64,000 bases of DNA from Escherichia coli (GCF_044647545.1 NZ_CP172818.1); one strand, 5' to 3'; counted from the first letter of the stretch, positions 22,183 through 36,444 are shown. Notes: a model not told the origin generated them from the sequence alone. Made by a program: numbers and translations.

Positions 22183-23949
22183 TTAAATCTCCTCCTGACG
22201 ATGGGCCAGCAATGTGGCGAAAGGACCACCAGCCACGCTTAATTCCGCGTAACGTCCTTGCTCAATAATCTGACCATCCTGCATTACCCAAATGACATCC
22301 CAGTCAGCAAGATCTTCTAACTGGTGGGTGACCATTAACGTTGTCTGGCGCAGAGAGGCGGCATTAAGCGCCTCCATTACGCGCTGTTCACTGTGAGCAT
22401 CAAGGCTGGCAGCGGGTTCATCCAACAGTAATAGCGAACAGGGATTTAGTAATGCTCGGGCCACCGCCACGCGCTGTGCCTGCCCCACGGAAAGACGGGC
22501 AGCCTGGTCACCAACAGGCGTATCAATGCCTTGCGGCAGGAGCGGTAGAAACTCACTGACCCAGGCGTTATCCAGCGCTGTTTGTAACTCTTGTTCGCTG
22601 GCATCAGGTCGCGCCAGTAGTACGTTATCCCGTAATGTTGCTGCCGGTAATTGTGGGTTTTGCCCAACCCAGGAGAGATGTTTACGCCATGATTCCGGTG
22701 ATAAATCGCGTAATTCTATCCCGTTGATTCGTAGCGATCCCTGATATGAGAGAAAACCAGAAAGCGCGTTCAGCAGTGAGCTTTTACCTGAACCGCTGCG
22801 ACCAACCAACACTGCACGTTGGCCTGCTGGCAAAGTAAAGTTCAGCGGTCCAGCCAGCGTTTTACCTTCTGGTGATGTAATAAACAGATCCTCGGCTTCA
22901 ATGGTCACCGGATCGGTTGATGCTAATTCCGCCTCACCACGTTGCGGATGGGCGAGCGGGGTTTCCATAAACGTTTTCAGACTGTCAGCTGCGCCAACAG
23001 CCTGGGCTTTAGCATGATAAAACGTACCGAGATCGCGTAATGGCTGGAAAAACTCCGGCGCAAGGATCAGGGCCAGAAAACCCGCAGCCAGCGTCACGCC
23101 AGTATCGTAGTGACCAAAATCCAGCTCGCCGAGATAGGAAAAACCAAAGTAGACCGCCACCAGCGCAATTGACAGCGAGGTAAAAAATTCGAGAATGCCG
23201 GAGGATAAAAACGCCAGCCGTAGTACTTCCATTGTCCGTTGGCGGAAATCTTCCGAAGCAGAACGAATACTTTCAATTTCAGCTTCACCACGACCAAAAA
23301 TACGCAGTGTTTCCATGCCGCGCAGGCGATCGAGGAAATGCCCACTTAAGCGAGCAAGAGCGAGAAAGTTACGTCGGTTAGCATCGGCAGCCCCCATTCC
23401 AACCAGCGCCATAAACAACGGAATTAACGGTGCTGTGCCCAGCAGAATGAGCGCCGCAGCCCAGTTAGAGGGGAAGATCGCCACCACAATCAGCAACGGC
23501 ACCGACACTGCCAGCGCCATTTGCGGCAGGTAGCGTGCATAGTAATCATGCATATCGTCAATTTGCTCGAGTACCAGCGTCGCCCAGCTCCCCGCCGGTT
23601 TACCCTGAATCCACGCTGGCCCTGCTTGTTGCAGACGGTCGAGAACCTGACGGCGGATGGCAAAGCGGATATGCTGCCCGGCGTGATAACCCACCCGTTC
23701 GCGTAACCAGACCACCCATGCGCGCAGTACAAAGGTCAGAACCAGTAACGTAAAGGGAAGCAGCAGGGCTTCACGGGGAATATTCTCCATAATCATATGT
23801 TGCAGAATTCGCGCCATGAACCAGGCCTGGGCAATGATCAATATGCCGCTCACAAAGCCCAGCAGACGAGAAATATTCAGCCAACGTTGGGAGATGACGC
23901 TTTGCTGTTTTAACCAGCGGGTTAACTCTTTTTGACGGGATTTATTCAT
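22183..23949 (-). CDS. cydD: glutathione/cysteine ABC exporter subunit CydD
   Basis: 588-aa ORF; Walker [10 protein letters not shown], signature LSVGQAQR; directly abuts cydC. Confidence 0.93.
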   Translation of the reverse strand: MNKSRQKELTRWLKQQSVISQRWLNISRLLGFVSGILIIAQAWFMARILQHMIMENIPREALLLPFTLLVLTFVLRAWVVWLRERVGYHAGQHIRFAIRRQVLDRLQQAGPAWIQGKPAGSWATLVLEQIDDMHDYYARYLPQMALAVSVPLLIVVAIFPSNWAAALILLGTAPLIPLFMALVGMGAADANRRNFLALARLSGHFLDRLRGMETLRIFGRGEAEIESIRSASEDFRQRTMEVLRLAFLSSGILEFFTSLSIALVAVYFGFSYLGELDFGHYDTGVTLAAGFLALILAPEFFQPLRDLGTFYHAKAQAVGAADSLKTFMETPLAHPQRGEAELASTDPVTIEAEDLFITSPEGKTLAGPLNFTLPAGQRAVLVGRSGSGKSSLLNALSGFLSYQGSLRINGIELRDLSPESWRKHLSWVGQNPQLPAATLRDNVLLARPDASEQELQTALDNAWVSEFLPLLPQGIDTPVGDQAARLSVGQAQRVAVARALLNPCSLLLLDEPAASLDAHSEQRVMEALNAASLRQTTLMVTHQLEDLADWDVIWVMQDGQIIEQGRYAELSVAGGPFATLLAHRQEEI

Positions 23950-24004
23950 TGCACGCTTAGCAGGTGAGTTATCAGAATTATTTGCAGAGCAATGTTACAA
24001 CGAG

Positions 24005-24044
24005 GAAAAAATAAAGGCGACCCATAGTCGCATGGTGTCGCCTT
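24005..24044 (-). terminator. putative intrinsic terminator downstream of trxB
   Basis: Minus-strand stem GGCGAC/GTCGCC with a large loop, followed by UUUAUUUUUU. Confidence 0.45.
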
Positions 24045-24071
24045 CTTTACTTTTGTTACTGATTTGTAAAA

Positions 24072-25154
<1,083 letters not shown>

Positions 25155-25580
25155 TCAAATTCTCCCGTCATTATCACCTCTGCTACTTAAATTTCCCGCT
25201 TTATAAGCCGATTAAATGATGAATAAACGCCCCTGTTAATGAATATCTGGCATGTTGTACTAAAAATCGATGTTTTGCTTTGACAATCCCCTGGTGTTTT
25301 GCGAAAACATTCGAGGAAGAAAAAAACAGTATTCTTATATGCGCATAACCATGCATGTAAATACCATGTTTACCGTGCTAGTGAAATCTACGTATGGCGT
25401 GGACAGACGCCATTCGTGATGTCGATAGCTGCCACAAGGCAACGGTCTTCTCACCGTAGACCCAGGCATTGCGCGCCGTGAATCTTCATGATTTCGGTCT
25501 ATCGTGACGGGTAGCGACTCTGAACAGTGATGTTTCAGGGTCAGACAGGAGTAGGGAAGGAATACAGAGAGACAATAATA

Positions 25581-26075
25581 ATGGTAGATAGCAAGAAGCG
25601 CCCTGGCAAAGATCTCGACCGTATCGATCGTAACATTCTTAATGAGTTGCAAAAGGATGGGCGTATTTCTAACGTCGAGCTTTCTAAACGTGTGGGACTT
25701 TCCCCAACGCCGTGCCTTGAGCGTGTGCGTCGGCTGGAAAGACAAGGGTTTATTCAGGGCTATACGGCGCTGCTGAACCCCCATTATCTGGATGCATCAC
25801 TTCTGGTATTCGTTGAGATTACTCTGAATCGTGGCGCACCGGATGTGTTTGAACAATTCAATACCGCTGTACAAAAACTTGAAGAAATTCAGGAGTGTCA
25901 TTTAGTATCCGGTGATTTCGACTACCTGTTGAAAACACGCGTGCCGGATATGTCAGCTTACCGTAAGTTGTTGGGGGAAACCCTGCTGCGTCTGCCTGGC
26001 GTCAATGACACACGGACATACGTTGTTATGGAAGAAGTCAAGCAGAGTAATCGTCTGGTTATTAAGACGCGCTAA
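25581..26075 (+). CDS. lrp: leucine-responsive regulatory protein (AsnC/Lrp family)
   Basis: ORF 25527-26075; start at MVDSKKRPGKDLDRIDR (164 aa); HTH plus RAM domain recognised. Confidence 0.93.
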   Translation: MVDSKKRPGKDLDRIDRNILNELQKDGRISNVELSKRVGLSPTPCLERVRRLERQGFIQGYTALLNPHYLDASLLVFVEITLNRGAPDVFEQFNTAVQKLEEIQECHLVSGDFDYLLKTRVPDMSAYRKLLGETLLRLPGVNDTRTYVVMEEVKQSNRLVIKTR

Positions 26076-26115
26076 CACGGAACAGGTGCAAAATCGGCGT
26101 ATTTTGATTACACTC

Positions 26116-26131
26116 CTGTTAATCCATACAG
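26116..26131 (+). promoter_or_regulatory. LexA (SOS) box CTGTTAATCCATACAG upstream of ftsK
   Basis: CTG-N10-CAG with AT-rich centre, 79 bp upstream of ftsK start; ftsK is known to carry an SOS-inducible promoter (dinH). Confidence 0.6.
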
Positions 26132-26209
26132 CAACAGTACTGGGGTAACCTGGTACTGTTGTCCGTTTTAGCATCGGGCAGGAAAAGCCTGTAACCTGGA
26201 GAGCCTTTC

Positions 26210-29200
26210 TTGAGCCAGGAATACACTGAAGACAAAGAAGTCACATTGACAAAGTTAAGTAGCGGCCGCCGCCTTCTGGAGGCGTTGCTGATCCTTATTG
26301 TCCTGTTTGCCGTCTGGTTGATGGCTGCCTTACTAAGCTTTAACCCTTCGGACCCCAGCTGGTCGCAAACGGCCTGGCATGAACCTATCCATAATTTAGG
26401 TGGGATGCCCGGTGCATGGCTGGCAGATACGCTGTTCTTTATTTTTGGCGTGATGGCTTACACCATTCCCGTCATTATTGTCGGCGGTTGTTGGTTTGCC
26501 TGGCGTCATCAGTCCAGCGACGAATACATTGATTATTTTGCCGTTTCGCTACGCATCATTGGCGTTTTGGCGCTCATCCTTACCTCCTGTGGTCTGGCGG
26601 CAATCAACGCTGACGATATCTGGTATTTTGCCTCCGGTGGCGTCATTGGCAGCTTACTGAGCACTACGCTACAACCACTGCTACACAGTAGCGGGGGAAC
26701 TATTGCACTGCTCTGCGTTTGGGCAGCGGGCCTGACGCTGTTCACCGGTTGGTCATGGGTGACCATTGCTGAAAAACTCGGCGGCTGGATTTTAAATATT
26801 CTTACCTTCGCCAGTAATCGTACCCGTCGCGATGATACCTGGGTCGATGAAGATGAGTATGAAGACGACGAAGAATATGAAGAAGATGAAAGTCACGGCA
26901 AACAGCATGAATCACGCCGTGCCCGTATTCTTCGCGGCGCGCTAGCGCGTCGTAAACGGTTGGCGGAAAAATTCATTAATCCGATGGGGCGGCAAACAGA
27001 CGCTGCGTTGTTCTCCGGTAAGCGGATGGATGATGACGAAGAGATTACCTACACTGCACGCGGTGTGGCTGCCGACCCTGACGACGTCCTCTTTTCGGGC
27101 AATCGTGCAACGCAGCCAGAATATGACGAGTACGATCCATTATTAAACGGTGCGCCAATTACCGAACCTGTTGCTGTAGCAGCTGCTGCTACCACGGCGA
27201 CACAAAGCTGGGCTGCACCGGTTGAACCTGTGACTCAGACGCCGCCAGTTGCCTCTGTTGATGTTCCACCTACGCAACCTACAGTAGCCTGGCAGCCTGT
27301 ACCGGGGCCGCAAACAGGAGAACCGGTTATTGCACCTGCACCGGAAGGTTACCCACAGCAGTCACAATATGCGCAGCCTGCAGTGCAATATAATGAGCCG
27401 CTGCAACAACCTGTACAGCCACAGCAGCCGTATTATGCGCCTGCAGCGGAACAGCCTGTGCAACAACCTTACTACGCTCCTGCGCCGGAACAGTCTGCGC
27501 AACAGCCGTATTACGCCCCTGCGCCAGAACAATCGGTGGCAGGTAACGCCTGGCAAGCCGAAGAGCAGCAATCCACTTTTGCTCCACAGTCTACATACCA
27601 GACTGAGCAAACTTATCAGCAGCCAGCCGCTCAGGAGCCGTTGTACCAACAGCCGCAACCCGTTGAACAGCAGCCTGTTGTGGAGCCTGAACCCGTTGTA
27701 GAAGAGACAAAACCCGCGCGTCCGCCGCTTTACTATTTTGAAGAAGTGGAAGAGAAGCGTGCCCGTGAACGTGAACAACTTGCGGCCTGGTATCAACCGA
27801 TTCCTGAACCGGTTAAAGAACCAGAACCGATCAAATCTTCGCTGAAAGCACCTTCTGTTGCAGCAGTACCTCCAGTGGAAGCCGCTGCCGCTGTTTCCCC
27901 TCTGGCATCTGGCGTGAAAAAAGCGACACTGGCGACGGGGGCTGCCGCAACCGTTGCCGCGCCAGTCTTCAGTCTGGCAAATAGCGCTGGACCGCGTCCG
28001 CAGGTCAAAGAGGGGATTGGCCCGCAGTTGCCACGACCGAAACGCATCCGCGTGCCAACTCGTCGTGAACTGGCGTCTTACGGTATTAAGCTGCCCTCAC
28101 AGCGTGCGGCAGAAGAAAAAGCCCGTGAAGCTCAGCGCAATCAGTACGATTCCGGCGATCAGTATAACGATGATGAAATCGATGCGATGCAGCAGGATGA
28201 ACTGGCACGTCAGTTCGCCCAGACACAGCAGCAACGCTATGGCGAACAGTATCAACATGATGTGCCCGTGAACGCAGAAGATGCAGATGCTGCGGCAGAG
28301 GCTGAACTGGCTCGTCAGTTTGCTCAAACTCAACAACAACGTTATTCCGGCGAACAACCTGCTGGGGCGAATCCGTTCACTCTGGATGATTTTGAATTTT
28401 CGCCAATGAAAGCGTTGCTGGATGATGGTCCACACGAACCGCTGTTTACGCCAATTGTTGAACCTGTACAGCAGCCGCAACAACCGAAAGTTGCACCGCA
28501 GCAGCAATATCAGCAGCCGCAACAGCCGGTTGCACCACAGCCGCAATATCAGCAGCCGCAACAGCCGGTTGCGCCGCAGCCGCAGTATCAGCAGCCACAA
28601 CAACCGGTTGCGCCGCAGCCGCAATATCAGCAGCCACAACAGCCAGTTGCGCCGCAGCCGCAGTATCAGCAGCCACAACAGCCAGTTGCGCCACAGCCGC
28701 AGGATACCCTGCTTCATCCGCTGTTGATGCGTAATGGCGACAGCCGTCCGTTGCATAAACCGACGACGCCGCTGCCTTCTCTGGATTTGTTGACGCCGCC
28801 GCCGAGCGAAGTGGAGCCGGTAGATACCTTTGCTCTTGAACAAATGGCGCGTCTGGTGGAAGCGCGTCTGGCTGATTTCCGTATTAAAGCCGATGTCGTC
28901 AATTATTCTCCGGGGCCGGTTATCACTCGCTTTGAATTGAACCTGGCACCGGGCGTAAAAGCGGCGCGTATTTCTAACTTGTCACGTGACCTTGCCCGTT
29001 CACTTTCGACGGTGGCGGTGCGTGTCGTTGAAGTTATTCCTGGCAAACCCTATGTAGGTCTGGAGTTACCGAATAAAAAACGACAAACCGTTTATCTGCG
29101 TGAAGTTTTGGATAACGCCAAATTCCGCGATAATCCGTCGCCATTAACCGTGGTGCTGGGTAAAGATATCGCCGGTGAGCCGGTGGTTGCCGATCTGGCG

Positions 29201-30244
29201 AAAATGCCGCACTTGTTGGTTGCGGGGACTACCGGTTCCGGTAAGTCTGTCGGTGTGAACGCGATGATCCTGAGCATGCTTTATAAAGCACAGCCAGAAG
29301 ATGTTCGTTTCATCATGATCGACCCGAAAATGCTGGAGCTTTCGGTTTATGAAGGCATTCCACACCTGTTAACGGAAGTCGTTACTGATATGAAAGATGC
29401 CGCCAACGCGCTGCGCTGGTGTGTTAACGAGATGGAGCGTCGTTATAAACTGATGTCTGCGCTGGGTGTGCGTAATCTGGCGGGTTATAACGAAAAAATT
29501 GCTGAAGCCGATAGGATGATGCGTCCGATTCCAGACCCGTACTGGAAGCCGGGTGACAGTATGGATGCCCAGCATCCGGTGCTGAAAAAAGAACCGTACA
29601 TTGTGGTGTTGGTGGACGAATTTGCCGACCTGATGATGACGGTAGGTAAAAAAGTGGAAGAGCTGATAGCACGTCTGGCGCAAAAAGCCCGTGCCGCGGG
29701 TATCCACCTCGTACTGGCAACGCAGCGTCCATCGGTTGATGTTATTACTGGTCTGATTAAAGCGAATATTCCGACCCGTATCGCCTTTACCGTATCCAGT
29801 AAGATTGACTCACGTACCATTCTTGATCAGGCTGGCGCGGAATCACTGCTGGGTATGGGGGATATGCTTTACTCTGGGCCGAACTCCACGTTGCCGGTAC
29901 GTGTTCATGGTGCTTTTGTTCGCGATCAGGAAGTTCATGCCGTGGTGCAGGACTGGAAAGCGCGTGGCCGCCCACAGTATGTTGATGGCATCACCTCCGA
30001 CAGTGAAAGCGAAGGTGGCGCGGGCGGTTTCGATGGCGCTGAAGAACTGGATCCGTTGTTCGATCAGGCGGTACAGTTTGTCACTGAAAAACGCAAAGCA
30101 TCAATTTCTGGCGTACAGCGTCAGTTCCGCATTGGTTATAACCGTGCAGCGCGTATTATCGAACAGATGGAAGCGCAGGGGATTGTCAGCGAACAGGGGC
30201 ACAACGGTAATCGTGAAGTGCTGGCCCCACCGCCGTTTGACTAA
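26210..30244 (+). CDS. ftsK: DNA translocase FtsK (N-terminal membrane domain, long Pro/Gln-rich linker, C-terminal motor and gamma domain)
   Basis: 1344-codon ORF starting at TTG ([11 protein letters not shown]); Walker A GTTGSGKS; C-terminal winged-helix gamma region; repetitive PQ linker. Confidence 0.93.
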   Translation: MSQEYTEDKEVTLTKLSSGRRLLEALLILIVLFAVWLMAALLSFNPSDPSWSQTAWHEPIHNLGGMPGAWLADTLFFIFGVMAYTIPVIIVGGCWFAWRHQSSDEYIDYFAVSLRIIGVLALILTSCGLAAINADDIWYFASGGVIGSLLSTTLQPLLHSSGGTIALLCVWAAGLTLFTGWSWVTIAEKLGGWILNILTFASNRTRRDDTWVDEDEYEDDEEYEEDESHGKQHESRRARILRGALARRKRLAEKFINPMGRQTDAALFSGKRMDDDEEITYTARGVAADPDDVLFSGNRATQPEYDEYDPLLNGAPITEPVAVAAAATTATQSWAAPVEPVTQTPPVASVDVPPTQPTVAWQPVPGPQTGEPVIAPAPEGYPQQSQYAQPAVQYNEPLQQPVQPQQPYYAPAAEQPVQQPYYAPAPEQSAQQPYYAPAPEQSVAGNAWQAEEQQSTFAPQSTYQTEQTYQQPAAQEPLYQQPQPVEQQPVVEPEPVVEETKPARPPLYYFEEVEEKRAREREQLAAWYQPIPEPVKEPEPIKSSLKAPSVAAVPPVEAAAAVSPLASGVKKATLATGAAATVAAPVFSLANSAGPRPQVKEGIGPQLPRPKRIRVPTRRELASYGIKLPSQRAAEEKAREAQRNQYDSGDQYNDDEIDAMQQDELARQFAQTQQQRYGEQYQHDVPVNAEDADAAAEAELARQFAQTQQQRYSGEQPAGANPFTLDDFEFSPMKALLDDGPHEPLFTPIVEPVQQPQQPKVAPQQQYQQPQQPVAPQPQYQQPQQPVAPQPQYQQPQQPVAPQPQYQQPQQPVAPQPQYQQPQQPVAPQPQDTLLHPLLMRNGDSRPLHKPTTPLPSLDLLTPPPSEVEPVDTFALEQMARLVEARLADFRIKADVVNYSPGPVITRFELNLAPGVKAARISNLSRDLARSLSTVAVRVVEVIPGKPYVGLELPNKKRQTVYLREVLDNAKFRDNPSPLTVVLGKDIAGEPVVADLAKMPHLLVAGTTGSGKSVGVNAMILSMLYKAQPEDVRFIMIDPKMLELSVYEGIPHLLTEVVTDMKDAANALRWCVNEMERRYKLMSALGVRNLAGYNEKIAEADRMMRPIPDPYWKPGDSMDAQHPVLKKEPYIVVLVDEFADLMMTVGKKVEELIARLAQKARAAGIHLVLATQRPSVDVITGLIKANIPTRIAFTVSSKIDSRTILDQAGAESLLGMGDMLYSGPNSTLPVRVHGAFVRDQEVHAVVQDWKARGRPQYVDGITSDSESEGGAGGFDGAEELDPLFDQAVQFVTEKRKASISGVQRQFRIGYNRAARIIEQMEAQGIVSEQGHNGNREVLAPPPFD
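28479..28705 (+). repeat. in-frame 39-bp tandem repeats (about 5.5 copies) encoding [13 protein letters not shown] units in the FtsK linker
   Basis: CAGCAGCCGCAACAGCCGGTTGCACCACAGCCGCAATAT repeated head-to-tail with a few substitutions; a second shorter repeat family ([13 protein letters not shown], 3 copies) lies at about 27400-27540. Confidence 0.85.
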
Positions 30245-30256
30245 TTAATGCATCGT

Positions 30257-30294
30257 ATGCCGGAAAAGGCGCGGTAGCGTCGCATCCGGCACTC
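30257..30294 (-). repeat. REP (repetitive extragenic palindromic) element between ftsK and lolA
   Basis: Minus strand reads GCCGGATGCGACGCTACCGCGCCTTTTCCGGCATAC, close to the REP consensus GCCGGATGCGGCG...CCGGCCTAC. Confidence 0.65.
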
Positions 30295-30402
30295 TATCAA
30301 CTGAAAATTCAGTATTTTCTTCTTTCCTCAAGCTGATTATTAGCCTGGAATAGAGAGTAGAGGGAGCTCCCGGTCGGGAGTGACGTAATTTGAGGAATAA
30401 TG

Positions 30403-31014
30403 ATGAAAAAAATTGCTATCACCTGTGCATTACTCTCAAGCTTAGTAGCAAGCAGCGTTTGGGCTGATGCCGCAAGCGATCTGAAAAGCCGCCTGGATAA
30501 AGTCAGCAGCTTCCACGCCAGCTTCACACAAAAAGTGACTGACGGTAGCGGCGCGGCGGTGCAGGAAGGTCAGGGCGATCTGTGGGTCAAACGTCCAAAC
30601 TTATTCAACTGGCATATGACTCAACCTGACGAAAGCATTCTGGTTTCTGACGGTAAAACACTGTGGTTCTATAACCCGTTCGTTGAGCAAGCTACGGCAA
30701 CCTGGCTGAAAGATGCCACCGGTAATACGCCGTTTATGCTGATTGCCCGCAACCAGTCCAGCGACTGGCAGCAGTACAATATCAAACAGAATGGCGATGA
30801 CTTTGTCCTGACGCCGAAAGCCAGCAATGGCAATCTGAAGCAGTTCACCATTAACGTGGGACGTGATGGCACAATCCATCAGTTTAGCGCGGTGGAGCAG
30901 GACGATCAGCGCAGCAGTTATCAGCTGAAATCCCAGCAAAATGGGGCTGTGGATGCAGCGAAATTTACCTTCACCCCGCCGCAAGGCGTCACGGTAGATG
31001 ATCAACGTAAGTAG
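30403..31014 (+). CDS. lolA: outer-membrane lipoprotein carrier protein LolA
   Basis: ORF 30400-31014; signal peptide [21 protein letters not shown]; 203 aa from second Met. Confidence 0.92.
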
Positions 31015-31024
31015 AGGCACCTGA

Positions 31025-32368
31025 GTGAGCAATCTGTCGCTCGATTTTTCGGATAATACTTTTCAACCTCTGGCCGCGCGTATGCGGCCAGAAAATTTAG
31101 CACAGTATATCGGCCAGCAACATTTGCTGGCTGCGGGGAAGCCGTTGCCGCGCGCTATCGAAGCCGGGCATTTGCATTCTATGATCCTCTGGGGGCCACC
31201 GGGTACCGGCAAAACAACCCTCGCTGAAGTGATTGCCCGCTATGCGAACGCTGATGTGGAACGTATTTCTGCTGTCACCTCTGGCGTGAAAGAGATTCGC
31301 GAGGCGATTGAGCGCGCTCGGCAAAACCGCAATGCAGGTCGCCGCACTATTCTTTTTGTTGACGAAGTTCACCGTTTCAACAAAAGCCAGCAGGATGCGT
31401 TTCTGCCACATATTGAAGACGGCACCATCACTTTTATTGGTGCAACCACTGAAAACCCGTCATTTGAGCTTAATTCGGCACTGCTTTCCCGTGCCCGTGT
31501 CTATCTGCTGAAATCCCTCAGTACAAAGGATATTGAGCAAGTACTGACTCAGGCGATGGAAGACAAAACTCGTGGCTATGGTGGTCAGGATATAGTTCTG
31601 CCAGATGAAACACGACGCGCCATTGCTGAACTGGTGAATGGCGACGCGCGCCGGGCGTTAAATACGCTGGAAATGATGGCGGATATGGCCGAAGTCGATG
31701 ATAGCGGTAAGCGGGTCCTGAAGCCTGAATTACTGACCGAAATCGCCGGTGAACGTAGCGCCCGCTTTGATAACAAAGGCGATCGCTTTTACGATCTCAT
31801 TTCCGCACTGCATAAGTCGGTACGTGGTAGCGCACCCGATGCGGCGCTGTACTGGTATGCGCGAATTATTACTGCCGGAGGCGATCCGTTATATGTCGCG
31901 CGTCGCTGTCTGGCGATTGCGTCTGAAGATGTGGGTAATGCTGATCCACGAGCGATGCAGGTGGCAATTGCGGCCTGGGATTGCTTTACTCGCGTTGGCC
32001 CGGCGGAAGGTGAACGCGCCATTGCTCAGGCGATTGTTTACCTCGCCTGCGCGCCAAAAAGCAACGCTGTCTACACCGCGTTTAAAGCCGCGCTGGCCGA
32101 TGCTCGCGAACGTCCCGATTATGACGTGCCGGTTCATTTGCGTAATGCGCCGACGAAATTAATGAAGGAAATGGGCTACGGGCAGGAATATCGTTACGCT
32201 CATGATGAAGCAAACGCTTATGCTGCCGGTGAGGTTTATTTCCCGCCGGAAATAGCACAAACACGCTATTATTTCCCGACAAACAGGGGCCTTGAAGGCA
32301 AGATTGGCGAAAAGCTCGCCTGGCTGGCTGAACAGGATCAAAATAGCCCCATAAAACGCTACCGTTAA
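31025..32368 (+). CDS. rarA: replication-associated recombination protein A (AAA+ ATPase, MgsA/WRNIP1 family)
   Basis: 447-codon ORF with GTG start; Walker [10 protein letters not shown]. Confidence 0.92.
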   Translation: MSNLSLDFSDNTFQPLAARMRPENLAQYIGQQHLLAAGKPLPRAIEAGHLHSMILWGPPGTGKTTLAEVIARYANADVERISAVTSGVKEIREAIERARQNRNAGRRTILFVDEVHRFNKSQQDAFLPHIEDGTITFIGATTENPSFELNSALLSRARVYLLKSLSTKDIEQVLTQAMEDKTRGYGGQDIVLPDETRRAIAELVNGDARRALNTLEMMADMAEVDDSGKRVLKPELLTEIAGERSARFDNKGDRFYDLISALHKSVRGSAPDAALYWYARIITAGGDPLYVARRCLAIASEDVGNADPRAMQVAIAAWDCFTRVGPAEGERAIAQAIVYLACAPKSNAVYTAFKAALADARERPDYDVPVHLRNAPTKLMKEMGYGQEYRYAHDEANAYAAGEVYFPPEIAQTRYYFPTNRGLEGKIGEKLAWLAEQDQNSPIKRYR

Positions 32369-32437
32369 TGTTATCGTTGCGGTAATGTTGTTACTGTATC
32401 CCTGTGGTCGCAGGCTGTGGCCACATCTCCCATTTAA

Positions 32438-33751
<1,314 letters not shown>

Positions 33752-33770
33752 TACCCAATTTTTCTGAATC

Positions 33771-33797
33771 TAAAAAGCGCCTGCGGGCGCTTTTTTT
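33771..33797 (+). terminator. intrinsic terminator of serS
   Basis: AAAAAGCGCC-TGCG-GGCGCTTTTTTT: GC stem plus 7-nt T run. Confidence 0.75.
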
Positions 33798-33805
33798 GTC
33801 TCCCT

Positions 33806-33819
33806 TTGATACCGAACAA
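33806..33819 (+). promoter_or_regulatory. FNR-type site TTGATACCGAACAA upstream of dmsA
   Basis: TTGAT-N4-AACAA matches FNR consensus TTGAT-N4-ATCAA in 8 of 10 half-site positions; dmsABC is an anaerobically induced operon. Confidence 0.5.
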
Positions 33820-33989
33820 TAATTACGCCTCACTTACACGTAATACTACTTTCGAGTGAAAATCTACCTATCTCTTTGATTTTCAAATTATTCGATATAT
33901 ATAAGCCTATATAGCGACCTGCTATAGAAATAATTACACAATACGGTTTGTTACTGGAATCAATCGTGAGCAAGCTTGAGTGAGCCATT

Positions 33990-36434
33990 ATGAAAACGAA
34001 AATCCCTGATGCGGTATTGGCTGCTGAGGTGAGTCGCCGTGGTTTGGTAAAAACGACAGCGATCGGCGGCCTGGCAATGGCCAGCAGCGCATTAACATTA
34101 CCTTTTAGTCGGATTGCGCACGCTGTTGATAGTGCCCTTCCAGCAAAGTCAGACGAAAAGGTAATCTGGAGCGCCTGTACAGTTAACTGTGGTAGCCGCT
34201 GCCCGCTACGTATGCACGTTGTGGACGGTGAAATTAAATATGTTGAAACGGATAATACCGGCGATGACAACTATGACGGCCTGCACCAGGTGCGCGCCTG
34301 TCTGCGTGGGCGTTCCATGCGTCGCCGTGTCTACAATCCGGACCGCCTGAAATATCCGATGAAACGAGTCGGGGCGCGCGGTGAAGGCAAATTCGAGCGC
34401 ATTAGCTGGGAAGAAGCCTACGACATCATCGCGACCAATATGCAGCGCCTGATCAAAGAGTACGGCAACGAGTCTATCTATCTGAACTATGGTACCGGTA
34501 CGCTGGGCGGCACCATGACCCGCTCCTGGCCGCCGGGAAATACCCTGGTCGCTCGCCTGATGAACTGCTGCGGCGGTTATCTGAACCATTACGGTGACTA
34601 CTCTTCCGCGCAAATTGCGGAAGGTTTGAACTATACCTACGGCGGCTGGGCAGATGGTAACAGCCCGTCGGATATCGAAAACAGTAAACTGGTAGTGCTG
34701 TTTGGTAATAACCCTGGCGAAACGCGAATGAGTGGCGGTGGGGTGACTTACTATCTTGAACAGGCGCGTCAGAAATCTAATGCTCGCATGATCATCATCG
34801 ATCCGCGCTATACCGACACCGGAGCCGGGCGCGAAGATGAGTGGATCCCCATTCGTCCGGGAACAGATGCCGCACTGGTTAACGGTCTGGCGTATGTCAT
34901 GATCACCGAAAACCTGGTGGATCAGGCATTCCTCGATAAATATTGCGTTGGCTACGACGAGAAAACACTGCCAGCCAGTGCGCCGAAAAATGGTCACTAT
35001 AAAGCTTATATTCTGGGTGACGGGCCAGATGGCGTGGCTAAAACGCCGGAATGGGCCTCGCAAATCACTGGTGTTCCGGCAGACAAAATCATCAAATTGG
35101 CCCGTGAAATCGGTAGTACCAAACCGGCGTTTATCAGCCAGGGATGGGGCCCGCAGCGTCACGCTAACGGTGAAATCGCAACCCGTGCTATCTCGATGCT
35201 GGCGATTCTGACCGGTAACGTTGGTATTAACGGAGGCAACAGTGGCGCGCGTGAAGGTTCATACAGCTTACCGTTTGTCCGTATGCCGACCCTCGAAAAC
35301 CCGATCCAGACCAGCATTTCGATGTTTATGTGGACCGATGCCATTGAACGTGGCCCGGAAATGACAGCGCTGCGTGATGGTGTGCGCGGGAAAGATAAGC
35401 TGGATGTGCCGATCAAAATGATCTGGAACTATGCCGGTAACTGCCTGATTAATCAGCATTCTGAAATCAACCGTACCCATGAAATCCTTCAGGATGATAA
35501 GAAGTGCGAGCTGATTGTGGTTATCGACTGCCACATGACCTCATCGGCGAAATACGCTGACATCCTGCTGCCTGACTGCACCGCTTCAGAACAGATGGAC
35601 TTTGCACTGGATGCATCCTGCGGGAATATGTCTTACGTGATTTTCAACGATCAGGTGATTAAACCGCGCTTTGAATGTAAGACCATCTATGAAATGACCA
35701 GCGAACTGGCAAAACGTCTTGGCGTTGAGCAACAGTTTACTGAGGGCCGTACCCAGGAAGAGTGGATGCGGCATCTGTATGCCCAGTCGCGGGAAGCGAT
35801 TCCTGAACTGCCAACGTTTGAAGAGTTCCGTAAGCAGGGGATCTTTAAAAAGCGCGACCCACAAGGGCATCACGTTGCTTATAAAGCTTTCCGTGAAGAT
35901 CCGCAGGCAAATCCACTGACCACGCCATCGGGGAAAATTGAGATTTATTCGCAGGCGCTGGTTGACATTGCCGCTACCTGGGAATTGTCAGAAGGTGATG
36001 TGATCGATCCACTGCCGATCTACACGCCGGGCTTTGAAAGTTATCAGGATCCGCTGAACAAACAGTATCCGCTGCAGCTTACGGGTTTCCACTATAAATC
36101 TCGCGTTCACTCAACTTACGGCAACGTTGATGTGCTGAAAGCAGCTTGCCGTCAGGAAATGTGGATCAACCCGCTTGATGCGCAAAAACGCGGTATCAAC
36201 AACGGCGATAAAGTCAGGATCTTTAACGATCGTGGTGAGGTTCATATTGAGGCGAAAGTGACGCCACGAATGATGCCGGGTGTGGTCGCACTGGGTGAAG
36301 GTGCCTGGTATGACCCGGATACAAAACGTGTCGATAAGGGCGGTTGTATTAACGTACTGACCACTCAACGTCCGTCTCCTCTCGCTAAGGGGAATCCGTC
36401 ACATACAAACCTTGTTCAGGTTGAAAAGGTGTAA
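33990..36434 (+). CDS. dmsA: DMSO reductase catalytic subunit A (molybdopterin, Tat-exported)
   Basis: 814-aa ORF; twin-arginine signal SRRGLVKTTAIGGLAMA; N-terminal Cys cluster CTVNCGSRCP. Confidence 0.95.
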   Translation: MKTKIPDAVLAAEVSRRGLVKTTAIGGLAMASSALTLPFSRIAHAVDSALPAKSDEKVIWSACTVNCGSRCPLRMHVVDGEIKYVETDNTGDDNYDGLHQVRACLRGRSMRRRVYNPDRLKYPMKRVGARGEGKFERISWEEAYDIIATNMQRLIKEYGNESIYLNYGTGTLGGTMTRSWPPGNTLVARLMNCCGGYLNHYGDYSSAQIAEGLNYTYGGWADGNSPSDIENSKLVVLFGNNPGETRMSGGGVTYYLEQARQKSNARMIIIDPRYTDTGAGREDEWIPIRPGTDAALVNGLAYVMITENLVDQAFLDKYCVGYDEKTLPASAPKNGHYKAYILGDGPDGVAKTPEWASQITGVPADKIIKLAREIGSTKPAFISQGWGPQRHANGEIATRAISMLAILTGNVGINGGNSGAREGSYSLPFVRMPTLENPIQTSISMFMWTDAIERGPEMTALRDGVRGKDKLDVPIKMIWNYAGNCLINQHSEINRTHEILQDDKKCELIVVIDCHMTSSAKYADILLPDCTASEQMDFALDASCGNMSYVIFNDQVIKPRFECKTIYEMTSELAKRLGVEQQFTEGRTQEEWMRHLYAQSREAIPELPTFEEFRKQGIFKKRDPQGHHVAYKAFREDPQANPLTTPSGKIEIYSQALVDIAATWELSEGDVIDPLPIYTPGFESYQDPLNKQYPLQLTGFHYKSRVHSTYGNVDVLKAACRQEMWINPLDAQKRGINNGDKVRIFNDRGEVHIEAKVTPRMMPGVVALGEGAWYDPDTKRVDKGGCINVLTTQRPSPLAKGNPSHTNLVQVEKV

Positions 36435-36444
36435 GGAGTAACCG

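Noticed and set aside
25299-25784. 60-codon (plus) and 149-codon (minus) ORFs in the trxB-lrp intergenic region
   Set aside because: Located in the long AT-rich lrp upstream/leader region; the minus ORF overlaps the lrp start on the opposite strand; no coding-like composition.
27327-28902. Cluster of alternative-frame and antisense ORFs inside ftsK (for example 27362-27796, 28097-28843, 28422-28727, 28446-28694)
   Set aside because: All fall in the repetitive Pro/Gln-rich linker; the translations are low-complexity Arg/Leu/Ser-rich strings produced by reading the 39-bp repeats out of frame.
34206-35162. 318-codon ORF antisense to dmsA
   Set aside because: Codon-aligned with dmsA (offset 216 nt, a multiple of 3); same rare-codon-avoidance artefact; lies wholly inside a well-supported molybdoenzyme gene.
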